Positions 61,957 to 64,000 of a DNA stretch of 64,000 nucleotides are shown here, one piece after another. The DNA is from Kiritimatiellia bacterium (GTDB taxonomy: Bacteria > Verrucomicrobiota > Kiritimatiellia > CAIQIC01 > Lenti-01), in assembly GCA_050176815.1 (NCBI GenBank), contig JBFXHR010000003.1, positions 49,392-113,391 on the forward strand, in the 5' to 3' direction. Within the stretch, counting starts at the first letter, position 1. Each line of letters opens with the position of its first letter. The notes beneath the pieces were generated by a model that worked only from the letters and a program-made list of their open reading frames with translations, was not told the DNA's origin and made no database searches. The translations under genes and the position numbers were made by a program.

Positions 61957-62505
61957 TTACGGCTCGATCGGCAGGTAGATTTCGGCGCGGCGGGCGCGGG
62001 AGAGGAGGGCGGCTTCGCGGGTGCCTTGCGGATCGTCGGCGCCGCGGGCGCGGAGGGCGCGGGCGGCGGCGAGTACGGCGGCGTTCTGGGCCGCTTGCTC
62101 TTCGGGGGAGAGGACGAGCATGCGCCAATCGTTGCCGGAACCTTTTTCGGCGGGGGGCAGGGCGGGCCACTGGTCGGGGTGGTAGCCGGCGGGGACGTAG
62201 GGCCAGGGGTAGGGTTGGTAAATGCGGGTGGGGGCGAACGCTTCGAGGGATTCGCCGGGGACGAAGATTCGGACTTCCGCGCCGGCGGCGCGGGCGCGCT
62301 GGACGAGTCCGAATCCGTCGGGCGCGGGGAAGTTTTCGGGCTCGGGGACGACCAGGGCGACGCGCTCCCCGGCCGCAAAGGGTTCGATTTCGGGCAGCTC
62401 GGGGCGGGGCCGGAGGCGGGGGGAGGGGACGAGCCATGCGGCGATGGCCAGCAGGCACAGGCCGGCGATTCCGGAGGCGATGGCGCGCGGATTCATGGGG
62501 GGCAT
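61957..62505 (-). CDS. Hypothetical secreted protein
   Basis: Start MPPMNP. Signal peptide (AIASGIAGLCLLAIAAWLV). No recognisable domain. The long ORF upstream of this start is an artefact. Confidence 0.4.
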   Translation of the reverse strand: MPPMNPRAIASGIAGLCLLAIAAWLVPSPRLRPRPELPEIEPFAAGERVALVVPEPENFPAPDGFGLVQRARAAGAEVRIFVPGESLEAFAPTRIYQPYPWPYVPAGYHPDQWPALPPAEKGSGNDWRMLVLSPEEQAAQNAAVLAAARALRARGADDPQGTREAALLSRARRAEIYLPIEP

Positions 62506-62611
62506 GATAAAGAATTCCGGACGTCCGGGCAAGTGGCGCTTGTCCGAACGGTTCGGGGGAGGCATAATCCGCTTCCAAAGAAAAAAAAGGTGCAACCCAG
62601 GAGAACAAGCC

Positions 62612-62983
62612 ATGGCCAACGAAACACATGAATCCCTCATCGGATCGGACGTCGAAATCACCGGTACGATCAAGAGCAGCGGAACGGTCCGTCTGGACGG
62701 CAAGCTGGAAGGCGAGCTGCAGTGCGGCGGCAACGCCATTCTCGGCAAAAACGCGCAGGTGAAGGGCAACGTCACGGCGACGTCCGTCACGATCGAAGGC
62801 AAGATCAGCGGCAACATCCTCGCGAAGGACAAGATCGAGATGAAGGCGACCGCGACGGTCAACGGCGACATCAAGGCGCGCCGCCTGTCGGTGGAGGACG
62901 GCGTGACGTTCGTGGGCCGTTCGGAAGTGAATCCGAACGCGGCGCCGTCGCCGGTTCCGCCCCCGGCCGTTCCGCAGCGCTGA
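62612..62983 (+). CDS. Bactofilin family cytoskeletal protein
   Basis: Beta-helical repeats (GSDVEITGTIKSSGTVRLDGKLEGELQCGGNAILGKNAQVKGNVTATSVTIEGKISGNILAKDKIEMKATATVNGDIKARRLSVEDG) and a Pro-rich tail. Confidence 0.8.
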   Translation: MANETHESLIGSDVEITGTIKSSGTVRLDGKLEGELQCGGNAILGKNAQVKGNVTATSVTIEGKISGNILAKDKIEMKATATVNGDIKARRLSVEDGVTFVGRSEVNPNAAPSPVPPPAVPQR

Positions 62984-63064
62984 AGTTTCTTTTTCCGTTG
63001 AAACGCCCGGGCGGTCCCGCGAACGCGGGGCGGCGCGGCGCGCGCAGGGCGGAAGGATTCGGAC

Positions 63065-63802
63065 GTGGCGGATAAAAAAGCAAAGATGATGGACGGCTAT
63101 TCCGTCGTGCAGTCGCTGGCGAAAGCGCAGCACGACGGCGCGCTGCCGAAGCCGGGCATGCGCCGGCCGGCGGAGGAGCCGTCGCCGCATCCGCCGCCGG
63201 CGGCGCTGCCGAAGGACAGCCCGCACATCGTCAAGACGATCGAGCCGACGAAACGGACGATCCGCTGCTTCAAGTGCGGCTACGAATTCAAGCTGTCGGG
63301 CACGACCCGCACCATCTACTGCTCGAAATGCCGCGAGAAGATCGATCTGGGCGACTACGTGATCGACCGCCCGTGGTCCGAGGAGATCAAGACGGGAGGA
63401 AGCGTCATTGTCCGGCCGACTGGGCGGCTGGAGAACGTGCGCATCTGGGCCGGCAACATGATCCTCGAAGGCGGGATGGACGAGAACTCGTCCATCGAAT
63501 GCACGCAGTGGCTGGAGCTGGGCGGCGAGGCGAACCCGAACCCGCGCCAGCTGGCGATGCGCAACCTGCGCGTCGCGGCGGGCAAGGAGATGCGGTTCAA
63601 GTACAAGCTGCAGGTGCACCACCTGGAGCTGCTGGGGACGCTGGAGGCGGACGTCGAGGCGTCGGGGCTGGTGTCGATCCGCGCGGGGGGGCATCTGAAG
63701 GGCACCGTGCGCGGCGCGCACCTGCAGGTGGAGGAAGGCGGCGGGCTGTCGGCCCGCGCGTTCATTTGGCCGCAGGGCAATCCGTCGGCCGAGGATTCGT
63801 GA
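63065..63802 (+). CDS. Bactofilin-like protein with N-terminal zinc ribbon
   Basis: CFKCG-x17-CSKC ribbon. Beta-helical bactofilin-type repeats follow (VIVRPTGRLENVRIWAGNMILEGGMDENSSIECTQWLELGGEAN...). Confidence 0.6.
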   Translation: MADKKAKMMDGYSVVQSLAKAQHDGALPKPGMRRPAEEPSPHPPPAALPKDSPHIVKTIEPTKRTIRCFKCGYEFKLSGTTRTIYCSKCREKIDLGDYVIDRPWSEEIKTGGSVIVRPTGRLENVRIWAGNMILEGGMDENSSIECTQWLELGGEANPNPRQLAMRNLRVAAGKEMRFKYKLQVHHLELLGTLEADVEASGLVSIRAGGHLKGTVRGAHLQVEEGGGLSARAFIWPQGNPSAEDS

Positions 63803-64000
63803 GCGCGTCGATGGGCGGGCACGTGCACGTGGCGGGGGTGGCGGGGGTGGGGATGAGCGCGCTGGCGCAGGCGCTGCGCTGGACGCACGATCGGGTGACG
63901 GGGTCCGACCGCTATTTCGACCAGGGGCTGGACTTGCCGGTTTTCGGCGCGTTGCGCGCGGCGGGCGTGGAGATCGCGAGGCAGGACGGTTCGGCGGTGG
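63799..64000 (+). CDS. murC: UDP-N-acetylmuramate-L-alanine ligase (Mur ligase) N-terminus, truncated by window end
   Basis: HVHVAGVAGVGMSALAQAL is the MurC/Mpl N-terminal nucleotide-binding motif. The sequence cannot separate murC from mpl. The start is GTG at 63799 or ATG at 63811. Confidence 0.6.
   Translation, partial: MSASMGGHVHVAGVAGVGMSALAQALRWTHDRVTGSDRYFDQGLDLPVFGALRAAGVEIARQDGSAV

Overview
This is a high-GC bacterial chromosomal segment, judged by eye at roughly two thirds G+C. Genes are densely packed, often with ATGA/GTGA start-stop overlaps, and the many long antisense 'shadow' ORFs are typical of high-GC DNA. The gene content suggests a PVC-group organism (Verrucomicrobiota/Kiritimatiellota-like). 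That guess rests on two formylglycine-generating-enzyme paralogs, a tail-fiber-like surface protein, bactofilins and a type IV pilus locus.

Housekeeping genes are scattered throughout: aroE, rsmI, tadA, adjacent gyrB-gyrA, folD, tRNA-Arg(CCG), serC and a partial murC at the window end.

The most striking block is a contiguous ~15 kb type IVa pilus locus (34488-49735). Its order is pilT, a coiled-coil/TPR protein, a PilM-PilN fusion, pilO, pilP, pilQ, pilB, pilC, a membrane-anchored sigma-54 activator, a sigma-54 promoter, the major pilin, three minor pilins and a large PilX-like protein. Immediately upstream sits a three-gene signalling module: a GGDEF-REC-HD-GYP c-di-GMP enzyme, a five-PAS NarL-type histidine kinase and a NarL-type response regulator. 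The prepilin peptidase pilD lies ~28 kb away, fused by a GTGA overlap to aroE.

Other notable content:
- A 1000-aa phage-tail-fibre-like beta-helix protein with a C-terminal S74 intramolecular-chaperone domain, preceded by a Ca-binding TSP3-repeat protein and a Mut7-C RNase.
- A low-GC TACGTA-rich perfect 16-bp hairpin repeat between two convergent genes.
- An AT-rich operator-like island upstream of an ArsR-type regulator.
- A three-subunit xanthine-dehydrogenase-family molybdoenzyme next to paaK plus an ACT-domain gene.
- A MATE transporter gene that overlaps an Smr gene by four bases.
- Tandem Yip1-like membrane paralogs.
- A pair of bactofilins, one carrying a zinc ribbon.

No transposase, integrase or CRISPR array is visible. 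All calls come from reading the translations and sequence motifs; no database search was possible.
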